Assembly: GCF_030028105.1 (NCBI RefSeq)
Contig: NC_092391.1
Location: forward strand, 51,929,223 to 51,993,222
Reading direction: 5' to 3'
Source of the DNA: Mobula birostris
Lineage: Eukaryota
DNA: 64,000 nt
The translations under genes were made by a program, and so were the position numbers. Shown here one piece after another: positions 38,205 to 50,790 of the stretch (positions within the stretch are counted from its first letter, which is position 1; every line of letters starts with the position of its first letter). The notes under the pieces were generated by a model. It saw only the letters and a list, made by a program, of their open reading frames with translations, did not search any database and was not told the DNA's origin.

Positions 38205-38604
38205 CTAAGAGAGAAAGAATCCAGATATTTGTATTACACACTGCCTGGATTATTCCCATTGTTAACAGTCTCTCCCTCCACTCTCACCACCAGAAATGTA
38301 CCATCTATAAATGTACAACAAACTGCCTGGAATATTCCCCACTGTAAACAGTCTCTCTCTACCCCACCACAGAACTATACCATCTATTAATGTACATCAG
38401 TTATCCAAACCGCTTTGTCTCCAGTCTCCATTTCTCACATACCCAAGTGATCTCAATCAAGGGGAGGAGTCAGCAGGTGCACTGTGCACCACGGCCACAT
38501 ATCCCCATTGCTGGATTAAACTCTTTAATTGTTATTTTATTCCAGTTTAACAATCAATTAACTGCTTGTATGTTATATAACAACTTATATACATGTAACT
38601 GTTT

Positions 38605-38755
38605 AGTATGTTTCCTAGTGGTCACAGTATGTATATGTAGTTGTTCAGTGTGTCCCCTAGTGGTCACAGTATGTATATGCAGTTGTTCAGCATGCTCCCT
38701 AGTGGTCACAGTATGTATATGCAGTTGTTCAGTGTGTCCCCTAGTGGTCACAGTT
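38605..38755. repeat. 42-bp tandem repeat (~3.5 units)
   Basis: ctagtggtcacagt recurs at about 38615, 38657, 38699, 38741. Confidence 0.9.
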
Positions 38756-39100
38756 CTCTGTATTCTACTGAAGGCTTCTCTTGGTATTGCATTATCTGAA
38801 TACTGGGTATCTGACTGCTTGACTCTTTTCTGCAAATTTAAAAGGAATGTTTCTTATCTTTGGGTGTAAAATGAGACACCACATGGCAGCACCATTTTTT
38901 TTTGTCTTCTCTCCCTTCATTTTCAAGACCATTATCACTGTCCGTTTCTCAATTTTCTTTGCTCTATTGACCCTTAATAAACAACAAAATTTGTGCCTCC
39001 TTCCTGGCCTCCAAAAGAACCGTGGATTAAAAACGTGACAGCCACACCGTGACATCCTGGAAATACACTTCTATTCCATCAACACTATCAGAACTCTCTC

Positions 39101-40498
39101 CTCAACTTTGCCTCCAACTTTCACCCTGCCCTCAAGTTTACCTGGTCCATTTCTGACACCTCCCACCCCTTTCTAGATCTTTCTGTCTCTATCTCTGGAG
39201 ACAGCTTATCCACTGATGTCTACTATAAGCCTACTGACTCTCACAGCTATCTGGACTATTCCTCTTCTCACCCTGTCTCTTGCAAAAATGCCATCCCCTT
39301 CTCGCAATTCCTCCGTCTCTGCTGCATCTGCTCTCAGGATGAGGCTTTTCATTCCAGGACGAGGGAGATGTCCTCCTTTTTTAAAAAAAGGGGTTTCCCT
39401 TCCTCCACCATCAACTCTGCTCTCAAACGCATCTCCTCCATTTCACGCACATCTGCTCTCACTCCATCCTTCCGCCACCCCACTAGGAATAGGGTTCCCC
39501 TGGTCCTCACCTACCACCCCACCAGCCTCCAGGTCCAACATATTATTCTCCGTAACTTCCGCCACCTCCAATGGGATCCCACCACTAAGCACATCTTTCC
39601 CTCCCCCCCCCTCTGCTTTCCACAGTGATCGCTCCCTACGCGACTCCCTTGTCCTTTCGTCCCCCCCATCCCTCCCCACTGATCTTCCTCCTGGCACTTA
39701 TCCTTGTAAGCGGAACAAGTGCTACACATGCCCTTACACTTCCTCCCTTACCACCAATCAGGGCCCCAGACAGTCCTTCCAGGTGAGGCGACACTTCACC
39801 TGTGAGTCGGTTGGGGTGATATACTGCATCCTGTGCTCCCAATGTGGCCTTCTATATATTGGCGAGACCCAACGCAGACTGGGAGATCGTTTTGCTGAAC
39901 ACCTACGCTCTGTCCGCCAGAGAAAGCAGGATCTCCCAGTGGCCACACATTTTAATTCCACATCCCATTCCCATTCTGACATGTCTATCCATGGCCTCCT
40001 CTACTGTAAAGATGAAGCCACACTCAGGTTGGAGGAACAACACCTTATATTCCATCTGGGTAGCCTCCAACCTGATGGCATGAACATTGACTTCTCTAAC
40101 TTCCGCTAATGCCCCACCTCCCCCTCGTACCCCATCTGTTACTTATTTTTACACACACATTCTTTCTCCCACTCTCCTTTTTCTCCCTCTGTCCCTCTGA
40201 CTATTCCTCTTGCCCATCCTCTGGGTTTTCTCCTCCCCCCTTGTCTTTCTTCCTGGGCCTCCTGTCCCATGATCTTCTTGTATCCCTTTTGCCAATCACC
40301 TGTCCAGCTCTTGGCTCCATCCCTCCCCCTCCTGTCTTCTCCTATCATTTCCCCCTCCCCCTCCCACTTTCAAATCTCTTAGTAACTCTTTCTTCAGTTT
40401 GTCCTGACGAAGGGTCTCGGCCCGAAACGTCGACTGTACCTCTTCCTAGAGATGCTGCCTGGCCTGCTGCGTTCACCAGCAACTTTGATGTGTGTTGC
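39101..40498 (+). mobile_element. 5'-truncated Penelope-like retroelement (RT C-terminus, GIY-YIG endonuclease, 3' repeat with hammerhead motif)
   Basis: FHPALKFT..FLDLSV..TDVYYKPTDSHSYLDYSSSHP, then VIYCILCSQCGLLYIGETQRRLGDRFAEH..PDGMNIDF; one frameshift at C-run 39603-39611. Confidence 0.92.
40401..40434 (+). ncRNA. minimal type I hammerhead ribozyme motif
   Basis: GTC-CTGACGA-A-GGGT(CTCG)GCCC-GAAA-CG-TC-GAC: intact core, stem I, stem II, palindromic ACGT stem III, GUC cleavage triplet ending at 40431. Confidence 0.8.
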
Positions 40499-40862
40499 CA
40501 GGAGAGATTTGATTTATTACTGGAGTCACCTGTAAGTCAAGTCAGTATGACATCTGGAAATCGTGGTTTGGAGGGTTCAGAGGAATCATTAAATAATAGC
40601 CAACCTTACAGTCTCCTCTAGGCATAAAGGATCCCAGGACAGTATATCATGGAAACATAGAAGTTATCTTCAGTGAACTGACCAACATGCATTCCTGAGT
40701 TGATGCCACTAAAAACCATTGACCTGTCGCCAGCACATTGGCCCGTATGAAGCCTGCAGCTTACTGCACAGCAGTGACTCAGATTTCACAATATAGTTCA
40801 TGGCTGTGAAACCTTAATGAACAGATTAACAAACCTTAATTAATCAGTGTTAAGAGTTCTCA

Positions 40863-41033
<171 letters not shown>

Positions 41034-41262
41034 TCATGGCTAATTTATTATCCATCTTAATCCCATGATCCTGCCTTCTCCCCATAACCTTTGATACCCT
41101 GACCTATCAACCTCCGCTTTAAACATGCTCAATGACTTGGCTTCTCTGGCTAAAAAAATTCTTCCGCATCGCTGTTCTAAATGGACGTCCCCGTCTACAG
41201 CAATAAATTCCACACATTCGCTACCCTCTGGCTAAAGAAATTCCTGCTCACGGCCAGAGGTG

Positions 41263-41720
41263 CAGTCAAGGTCACCTGTTCCCCACCCCCTGCCGCTCCA
41301 GAATCAAGGTCACCTGTTCCCCACCCCCTGCCGCTCCACAGTCAAGATCACCTGTTCCCCACCCCCTGCCGCTCCAGAATCAAGGTCATCTGTTCCCCAC
41401 CCCCTGCCGCTCCACAGTCAAGGTCACCTGTTCCCCACCCCCTGCCACTCCACAGTCAAGGTCACCTGTTCCCCACCCCCTGCCGCTCCAGAATCAAGGT
41501 TACCTGTTCCCCACCCCCTGCCACTCCACAGTCAAGGTCACCTGTTCCCCACCCCCTGCCACTCCACAGTCAAGGTCACCTGTTCCCCACCCCCTGCCGC
41601 TCCACAGTCAAGGTCACCTGTTCCCCACCCACTGCTGCACCACAGTCAAGGTCACCTGTTCCCCACCCCCTGCCGCTCCACAATCAAGGTCACCTGTTCC
41701 CCACCCCCTGCTGCTCCATA
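41263..41720. repeat. 38-bp C-rich minisatellite (~12 units)
   Basis: cagtcaaggtcacctgttccccaccccctgccgctcca repeated. Confidence 0.96.
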
Positions 41721-41884
41721 GTCCCCAGGCCGACCCGTGTCCAGACCGGCACTCCCAGGCTCACAGCTATATGTCCCCCTGGGTCACCCTTGCCAGGGCT
41801 CAGGTGGGCCACAGGTTTCTCAGGCTCCCAGCCAACAGCAGAACATCACCCCACATCTTACAAGAAGTGGGGGGGGGGGGGGGA

Positions 41885-42135
41885 CATGGTAACGTAGTGA
41901 TTAGTGTAATGCTCTTTCTGCACCAGTGATCCAGGTTCAATTCTCACTGCTGCCTGTAAGGAGTTTGCACGTTCCCCCCCCGCCACCTCCGACCACGTGC
42001 ATTTCCTCCAGAGCCTCAGTTTCCTCCCACACTCCAAAGACAGACGGGTTTGTAGGTTAATTGGTCGCACGGTAAAATTGAGCAGCGTGGGATCAAGGGC
42101 TGGAAGAGCCTGTCATTGTGTTGTATCTTCAAATA
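41885..42135 (+). mobile_element. tRNA-derived SINE
   Basis: A-box-like ggtaacgtagtgattag, B-box-like ggttcaattc, then gagtttgcacgtt core; relative near 53200-53340. Confidence 0.6.
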
Positions 42136-42187
42136 TAAAAAAAACAGATCAACAAGTAATCTTTGACAGTAGCTACAGAAAACTCAC

Positions 42188-42216
42188 CAATATTCGGGAC
42201 TTTAGCTCGTGGCTGG
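42188..42216 (-). CDS. GTF2H3: TFIIH p34 exon 7 (ASHELKSRIL)
   Basis: 29-nt exon, KSRIL motif; gcag/gtgagt boundaries, restores phase 0. Confidence 0.92.
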
Positions 42217-43439
42217 CTGCATTTTGTGGGAACAGAAGGGAAAATATTGTGACATCAAGTTACAAATCGAACTTAAGCTGTTCCTCAGTGTGTAACACGG
42301 CACATTTACTGAACTATCACAGGAAGGGGGTAGGAATTCTGCTCCTCTCTGTACATTATGACTTGGCAGATCATCACCTGAACTCCGGTGTTCAAAAGAA
42401 AAACAGTGAGGTGATGTAATCCTGAAATAAAAATTCGGAATTCTGGAAATACACACTCAACATTTCAGAAACAGAGTCTTCCCCTCTGCCATCAGATTCC
42501 TGAATGGACATTGAACCCACGAACACTACCTCACTCTTTTTTGCTCTCTTCGCACTACTTGTTTCATGTAATTTGTAAAAAAATATTTCTTACTGTAATT
42601 TATAGTTTTTTATTATTATATATTGCAATGCCCTACTGCTGTAAAACAACATATGCCAGTGTCATTAAACCTGATTCTGATCCTGAATCAGGTCAGGCAG
42701 CCAGAAGCTACAGGGGTGTTTGAGGAGATCTTTCGTCTGAGGTTTATTTACCCACCACAGTTCCATAACCTCTGAAAACCGTAATTACAAAACCCATCCT
42801 TTTCGGCTTTAAAATGTTCATGTGAACCCAGGATCAGGATAACACAACTTCTAGAGCAGGGATTTTGATTTCAATTTGGACGCCCCTATCAGAGGCATGG
42901 TTTCTCTTTAACCCTTAAACTCCTGTAATCACCGAATTTTTAAAGTTTAAGAGTGTTTTAGGCAGCTGGGATGGACAAATCCCTTGCGTATGAGGATATA
43001 GAGTATACGGTAAGGCAATCAGAACAAAAAGGGTACATGAGTCATCCTTGGCAGTTCAGATAAAGGAGAATACTAAAAGCTACAACGTTCAAAGTAAATT
43101 TAATATCAAAGTACACATATATCACTATTTACAAGTCTGAGATTAATTTTCTCGCGGGCATACTTAACAAATCTATAACTATAACAGGACCTGAAAGTAT
43201 ATTAACATTCTGTTAGTATATTAAGGGCAAAAGAGCAACTGGAAAGTGAACAGGATGAGAATGGATGCCTATGTGTAGACCCAAGGATGAGGATTTAAAT
43301 GCCGAGAAAGTCGTGGGGGAGACAGAATTCAGAGAAGAGAGCAATGATGTCCTGAAACATATTTATATGATGAATATCAATAGGAATACGGCAGGCCATT
43401 CTGTTCTTCTGATGTTAATTTTGATCTGACAGATCATCC

Positions 43440-45120
43440 AGATTGTCTTCAGGCGCACAGTGGATAAATCCCCAGGGCCTGAGCAAGTATATGCTCGGAC
43501 ATTGTGGGAAGCCAAGAAGAAACTGCTGGAGCCCTGGCAGAGATACTCATACCTTTATCACCCAGGGGTCTGTACCGCAGCATCGGAGAGTGGCTGATGT
43601 TGAACTTTTATTTAAGAAGGACTGTACGGGTAAGCCATGGGACCACAGGCCAGTGAACCTAACATCAGTGGTGGTAAAGTCACAGGAGGGAATTCTGAGG
43701 GAGAGGATCTACCAGTATTCGGAAAAACAAAGACTTATTGTGTGTGGAAAAATCATGTCTCATGAATTTGAGAGAAGTTTCTGATGAAATGACCAAAGAG
43801 GACTGATGAAGGAAGGGTGGTAGATGTTGTCTACATGGAGCTCAGCAAGGCCTTTGGTAAGGTCCTGCATAGAAGGCTAGTCTGGAAGGTTACATCGCAT
43901 GAGATCCAGGGTGAATTGTGGTAAGTCTCGAAACCCAATTATCCAACAGCCCACATGGAGAGAACAAACGTAACATACCAAATCCAACTGCTCCAAACAC
44001 TACGTAGGACAGACAGAGAGAAAACTATCCACAAAACTGCATGAACATCAACTGGCCGTAAGAAGACACAATCCTCTGATACATCTCAGCACATGAAAAC
44101 CAAGAAGGACACAAGTTCATGTGGGAACCTACAAAAATACTGGCAGAAGTACAAAGCAAGAAGCTTGGCTCTCAACGGAAGACTCTATCAACAAGCATAC
44201 TGAACTGGGCACGATTTGCCAACCTGTGCATATGCAAGATCAGCACCAAGAGGTGAGCCATGGTCACCCGAGCAGTCAACGCTCACAACGACTGATGACC
44301 AGGGATACAGGCTAGTGGAGATCACTTAGCAAACCAGTTGGCTGGGACCCAGTGGAGACTAGCAGCCAGTGCGACAGTAAACCAATCAGAACAAGTCGGA
44401 CCAATATAAACCTGTGCACTCAGCAAAAGCAACGCTCAATTGTGCACCGATGATGTCACCTCGACTGATGAAACGTCTGCAATCCTGCAAACAAATTTGG
44501 CTTCGCGGTAGGAGTGATGGGGGGGGGGGGGAGTGTCGCAGAGGGTTGTTTTTATTAGACCAGAGGCCTGTGACCAGTGGTGTGCCACAGGGATCAGCGT
44601 TGGGTCCACTGTTGTTTGTCATATATGTGAATGATTTGGCTAAATTTGTGGATGACACCAAAATCAGTGGTATACTGGGACAGTGAAGAAGGTTGTCTTG
44701 GGTTACAACGGGATTTAGATCAACTATTGTGCACAGTTCTGGTACCCACCTACAGAAAAGATATCAATAATGAAAGTTGCAGAGAAAATCTTCAAGGATG
44801 TTACGAGGGCTCGAGGGCCTGAGTTATAGGGAAAGGCTGAATAGGTTAGGACTTTTTCTCTGGAGTTCAGGAGAATGAAGGAAGATCTTAGAGAGGGATA
44901 CAAAAATATAGGGGTATAGATAGGGTAAATGGATGCAGGCATTTTCCCCTTACACTGGGTGAGACTACAACCTGAGGTCATAGACATAGGGTGAAAGGTG
45001 AAATATTGAAGGGAAATCTGGGGGAGCTTCTACACTCAGGGGGTGGTGTGAGTGCAGAACAAGCTGCCAGCAGAAGTGGTGGATTGTCACCCTTAAAACA
45101 AGTTTAGATAGGTACAAAGA
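43440..45120 (+). mobile_element. decayed CR1 LINE interrupted by the Penelope fragment at 43925-44500
   Basis: RVADVELLFKK..RPVNLTSVV on the left; [21 protein letters not shown] on the right. Confidence 0.8.
43925..44500 (+). mobile_element. decayed Penelope-like element of a second family (GIY-YIG remnant plus variant hammerhead), inserted in a CR1
   Basis: YVGQTERKLSTKLHEHQLAVRRH remnant; TGCA-CCGATGA-T-GTCA..TGAT-GAAA-CGTC-TGCA at 44443-44481; CR1 RT continues on both sides. Confidence 0.75.
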
Positions 45121-45164
45121 AGGCAAGACAGTGGCAATCCTCACTAGGGGTTTGAGGAGATTTG

Positions 45165-45690
45165 GTACGTCACAGATACACCTTGGAGAGCGTTCTAACT
45201 GGCTGTATCACCGTCTGGTATGGAGGGGCCACTGCACAGGACTGGAATAAGCTGCAGAAAGTTGTGAACTCAGTCACCTCCATCATGGGCAGCAGCCTCC
45301 CCTGCATCCAGGACAGCTTCAAGGAGCGATGCCTGAAAAAGACGGCACCATTCATTAAGGACCCCCATCACCCGGGACATGTCTTCTTCTCATTGCTACA
45401 ATCAGGAAGGAGGTACAGGAGCCTGAAGACATAGACTCAGTGATTCAGAAACAGCTTCTTCCCCTCTGTCATCCGATTTCTGACTGGACATTGAACCCAT
45501 GAACATCACCTCACTGCATTTTTATTTGTTTTTTTTGCACTACTTATTTAATGTAACTGTCTAAATATATAGTAAGATGTAAAATTACATCTTACTATAA
45601 TTTATAGTTTTTATGATTATGTATTGCAATGTACTGCTGCTACATAACAACAAATTTTGTCTGCCAGTGATATTAAACCTGATTCTGATA
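45165..45690 (+). mobile_element. Rex1/Babar-like LINE 3' end
   Basis: ESVLTGCITVWYG..LQKVV..IKDPHHPGH..SGRRYRSLKT. Confidence 0.8.
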
Positions 45691-46587
45691 CATGGATGAG
45701 AGAGGTATGGAGGGCTATGGTAGGGGTGCAGGTAGACGGCACTAGGCAGAGACCAGGCTGGCACAGACTAGATGGACTGAAGGGCCTCCTTCTGTGCTGT
45801 AGTGCTCTTGGAAAGTGGACAAAGCAATGGGAGATGGAGTCTAACTGTGACTAACATTAACAGTTACAAACACAGAAGATGCTGCTGACACTCAGCAGGT
45901 TAGGCAATATAAAATATAGGAGCAGAATTAGGCCACTCAGCCCATTGAGTCTGCTCCAAATGAACGTTTCAACTCATGGGGAAGGCTTTGGGAGTAAACC
46001 TCGAGGGAAAATTATGGAGCTGGTGTCCCTGAAGCAGTCCTATGTTGAGTTCGACACTGTCTGGCAACTCCTGCGCTGCCGCAGGTAACAAACCATTGGT
46101 CTCTGTCATTCCCTCAGATCCAACGGCTGTGTGGAAAGGGGAGCCTGCTACATGGGCAGCAGCTTACCATACTGCCCTGGCTTGTATATCACGCAGACAG
46201 CCGGGAGACAACATCAGTGGTCGACCCTGACCAACGGAGGGGCCTCACTGGCCTTTGTACTTACTGTGAATGCCCACAAGAAAATGAATCTAAAGGTTGT
46301 ATATGGTGACGAAAATGTACTTTGATAATAAGTGTATTTTGAACTTTGAACTCGATAATTTAAACCACTCTCACTTGTAACCAAGTGGTGGAAGTCTACA
46401 AGTGGTTTCTGCAATCCCCACATAGTTATAGAAAAGTACGACACAAAATGCCGAACTCCCACGTGCTCTGTAAGGGGAATGGAGTGACCTTCCATTATCG
46501 CGGAGCTAAGATTCGTTAACTCAATCAGATATCTCACTCTGCAATCTCAGCTAACGAAGATAAGTCGTACCTCACTCTCCTACTTAC

Positions 46588-46617
46588 CATTCATCTCCTT
46601 ATTCACTTTGTGAATAT
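46588..46617 (-). CDS. GTF2H3: TFIIH p34 exon 6 (YIHKVNKEMN)
   Basis: 30-nt exon, matches YIHRMNKE; tcag/gtaagt boundaries. Confidence 0.93.
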
Positions 46618-48522
46618 CTGACATCCGAAGTGTTAAGAGAAAAAAGCAACAGGTGAGAAGCAGAGTCAGACAAGTGGCAATGGAATTCAAACCTTCACTC
46701 GTCTAATTAAATCAGACTGGAAGTGAATGACCAGCAGCACACAGATAGGCATTTTGCTCATCTCTCGCCACCATCAGCAGCATCTACAAGAGGCACTGCC
46801 TCGAGAGGGCAACATCTATTATCAAAGAGGTCCCCACCATCCGAGCCGTGCCAGCTTTTCACAGCTCCAATTGGGCAGGAGGTACAGAAGCCTCAAGTCC
46901 AACACCACCAGGTTCAAGAACAGCTACTTCCCTTCAACCATTTGGTGCTCTAACCAGCCGGCACAACCCCAATCACTAGAGTTTGGCAACACTATGACCA
47001 CAGGCGTGGTGGGATGGAGATACAAAGAAGGTATCAGGCACTCCTTCTCTCCAGTAACGTACGGTTCACCCTTGGGTAAGGTGTAGCACCTGTTTAGCCC
47101 CGCCCCCCCACCCCCACCCGATCAGGGTCGCATGAAGCCACGGGAGCTGTGGTGGACGGTCGTATGAGCAGCTGGTACATATCACAAGTCCTGGTTATGT
47201 GACCACTGACACCAGGCAGACAATCTCTGAACGGTATTGAAAATGGCTGGGTCACCCATCTTTATAAAGGCACTGCCCAGAAGAAGGACTTCTGTGGAAA
47301 AATTTGCCAAGATCAATCACGGTCATGTCATACAACACATACAAACAGACAATGACCACTTGCCACTAAACTAACTGTTTGCTTTGTTCTAATTATGTTC
47401 TTCCTTGTAACTATTGTGTTTAATTTGTTTGTGTTTCTTGCGAATGCTGCTTATCTGATGTTCTGCGGCTGTGATGCAGCGCCAATAAGTTTTTTGTTGC
47501 AGCTGCGCACACGTAGACCTGTGCAGATGACATTAAACTCGACTGTGGCCTGACCGGATGCTCCAATCTGTGCTGGTTAGAGGGCGGTGAAACAGAATTC
47601 TGTGAGGAACAATATCTCCTCTACAATGTTCACATTGACAAGATTGAAATTTAGGCCTAAAACTGACAGACTTCCCTCCATATCTGCCCAGAAACCTCTT
47701 AATAATGAGATGTTTACAATCTATCTACCAGAGAAATGTTGTAAATGTTGGGCAAGAGTCACCTGTTTAAGAATGTAGCATGAGGAAGCTTCTCTTATGT
47801 GGACAATAGTGAAACTCTGCAAATTATAGCAATAATAATGAAATCTTACAAAAATATAGACCATAAGAGCAAAATTAGGCCATTCAGCCCATTGAGTCTG
47901 CTTCACCATTTCATCGTAGCTGATTTATTATCCCTTTCAACCCCATTCTCCTGCTTTGTTCCCATAACCTTACAAATCAAGAACCTACCAACCTCTGCTT
48001 TAAATATACCCCCAGCTGTCTGTGGCAATGAATTCTACCGATTCACCACCCTACAGCTAAATAAATTCCTCATCTCTGTTCTAAAGGGACATCTTTCTAT
48101 TCTGAGGCTCTGCCCTCTGTCCTAGACTGACTCACTATAGGAGACATCCTCTCCACATCCACTCTATCCAGCCCTTTCAATATTCGATAGGTTTCAATGA
48201 GATCCCCGCTCATTCTTCTCATCTCCAGTGAGTAGAGGCCCAGAGACAACAAATGCTCCTCATACATTAACCCTTTAATTCCCGGGATCATTCAGGTGAA
48301 CCTCGTCCAGATACTCTCCAATGCCAGCACATCGTTTCCTAGGTAAGGGGCCAAAAACTTGTTCACAATACTCCAAGTAAGACCAATAGCTTATAAAGCC
48401 TCAGCATTTCAATTCCATTACTAACAGATGGAAGTCTGCAAATTATGGCGCTTGAGAGTGAAACACTAGCCACGCCATCACTAGCTCAAACAGACTTGGA
48501 ATGAATTCTGGAGCAAGGATAC
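46618..48522 (-). other. U12-type (minor spliceosome) GT-AG intron 5 of GTF2H3
   Basis: donor GTATCCTT; branch-like TTCTCTTAAC at 46632-46641, 12 nt before the AG, with no pyrimidine tract in between. Confidence 0.9.
47860..48410 (-). mobile_element. CR1 LINE 3' part inside the U12 intron
   Basis: IPGIKGLMYEEHLLSLGLYSLE..DLIETY. Confidence 0.88.
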
Positions 48523-48585
48523 AGCACAGAGCTTTTGCCAAAGATCCAGCCAGCAAGGTTTCCGTTAGATGGGCTCTCACCTCAG
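48523..48585 (-). CDS. GTF2H3: TFIIH p34 exon 5 (EVRAHLTETLLAGSLAKALC)
   Basis: TETLLAGSLAKALC motif; ends at U12-type donor GTATCCTT. Confidence 0.96.
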
Positions 48586-48674
48586 CTGCAATGCAGAGAA
48601 GGAAGATGTCATGGTGCTCCAGTGCAGCAACACAAATGCACAGCAATGCATCATCGGTCCGACAGGACACTTAC

Positions 48675-48841
48675 TTTTTGCCATCAGCTCTTTGATCTCC
48701 TCGGTGACAATGTCGTTTTCCAATGCCAGGAGCTCGAACTTACCGTCCTTGTTGCTGGACAGAGTCGATTCGGCAAAGCTGGCACCACCACTATCGGAAA
48801 AGCTTCCCGATTTCCACTGTTTACTTGGGTATAGGAAACGA
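48675..48841 (-). CDS. GTF2H3: TFIIH p34 exon 4 (RFLYPSKQW...KDGKFELL...EEIKELMAK)
   Basis: p34 homology; gcag/gtaagt boundaries, 167 nt. Confidence 0.96.
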
Positions 48842-49545
48842 CTGCAGGAACAAGAGGTAAATGCAGGACACGGTTGGAAACCACTCTTTTTAAAATACTT
48901 TTTATATTCTGGAGGGAAATCGTCTGCCAACTGGAGAAACTCCAGACGCGACGTACCTTTCCTTTCCTTTTTATAAGATGAATTAATGTAAGGCAAAAGT
49001 TGTAGTTTAATCATTTGTACTTTTTAACAAACTCATGTATTTTTCACTGTATGTGGTGGTTCATCCCCACTCACTGGCAGAAAACTATATAGCTGTTAAA
49101 CTAAGGGTTCATCCCTTTCTCATTTTTCATTAGCTATGTAATTAGCAATGTAATTGTGCATCAGTGATTGATTTATTTTATCTCAGGAATTTCTCGTCTC
49201 GATTATAAAAGTGATGTATTTTTCAGAGGCGCCATCTTTTATCTTCGCTGTCTCTGCTGTTCAGTTATCTCTCTGCTTTGTTTCTCAGCTCTTTACTTAG
49301 TTCGCTTAGTATATGTTTGTTGTTTAAACTTTAAAATAAACGATCATTATGAATTAAGACTGCTTGCCGTTCTTGACTCCTGGAACAACCCTAAGGATCA
49401 GAAAATAACAGAGATCCAACAAATAGAATTCCTGATTTCTGCTGTTTGCGGCTGCAGAAACAAAAGGTAAATGGAGTACCACGTTAACATTGCCACTTTG
49501 CAGAGGTCAAGTCAGCCGGTAACAGGCTCTCGCGCATACGCTTAC

Positions 49546-49652
49546 CTCTCCTGACTGTGACTCGCTATCATCGCCAGCTTGTTACTGCGGCTCATCACTA
49601 GGTGTGAGTTTCCCATCACCATCACTGCATCCATACATTTCGAGAGGGTGAA
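49546..49652 (-). CDS. GTF2H3: TFIIH p34 exon 3 ([35 protein letters not shown])
   Basis: p34 homology; ccag/gtaagc boundaries, 107 nt. Confidence 0.96.
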
Positions 49653-49884
49653 CTGGAAAACAGGGCAGAAACAACGCCACAACAAAATCAATTCAGAGCT
49701 AGTATGATCACCTGTCAACTCCGCCATTAATGGTCCCAAGCCCGGCTGCCAAAGGAGGAGGTTTGGGTGGGTGGGGCTAGCAACCCCATCACATAAAAAC
49801 CCAGAGCTACAGAAACACCAACAGAAGCTCCAAAGACATCATCCCTGAGAGAGGCAGGATCTTAATCTAGAAGACGTATGAAAT

Positions 49885-50790
49885 CATGCATGGGAGTGGT
49901 AGTAGATGATTGCCTCTCTGACTGTAGGCCTATGACTACTGGAGTGCTGCAGGGATCGGTGCTGGGTCTGTTGTTGTTTGTCATCTATATCAATGATCTG
50001 GACGATAATGTGGTAACCTAGATCAGCAAATCTGTGGATCACACCAAGATTGGACAGCGAGGAAGGCTATCATGGCCTGTACCAGGACCTGGACCAGCTG
50101 GAAAAAGGGCTGAAAAATGGCAGACAAGTGTGAGGAAGGTAGGACCAACCAGGGTAGGCCTTACACAGTGAATAGAGGCACTGAGGAGTGTGGTCTAACA
50201 AAGGGATCTGAAAATGTGGGTCCATCATTCATTGAAAGTGGTGTCGCAGATAGATAGATTCGTAAAGAAAGCTTTTGGCACACTGGCCTTCATAAATCAA
50301 TGTATTGAGTGCAGGAGGTGGGATGTTACGCTGAAGTTGTATAAGATGTTGCTGAGGTCTAATTGGAGTAGAATGCGCAGTTTTGGTCACCTACCTGCAA
50401 GAAAGAGTACAGAGAAAATTTACAAGGATATTGTCCTGATTGGAGGACCTGAGTTATAAGGAAAGATTGAAAAGGTTAGGACTTTATTCCTTAGAACATA
50501 GAAGATTGAGAGAAGATTTGATAGAGGTATACAAAATTATGAGGGGTGTAGAGAGAGTAAATGGAAACAGGCTTTTTCCACTGAGACTACAACCAGAGGT
50601 CATGGGTTAAGGGTGAAAGATGAAAAGTTTAAGGGGAACATGAGGGGAAACTTCTTCACTCAGATGGTTGTGAGAGTGTGGAACAAGCAGCCAGTGCACG
50701 TGGTGTCAATTGAGCTCGATTTCAACATTTAAGGGAAGTTTGGATAAATACATGGATGGTAGGGTTGTGGAGGTGTGGGTCCCTGATGAT
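49885..50790 (+). mobile_element. decayed CR1 LINE
   Basis: QGSVLG remnant, VHHSLKVVSQIDR..LAFINQ, typical 3' end. Confidence 0.82.

Noticed and set aside
41181-41897. 238 and 153 aa proline-rich ORFs
   Set aside because: Produced by the 38-bp minisatellite, antisense within a GTF2H3 intron
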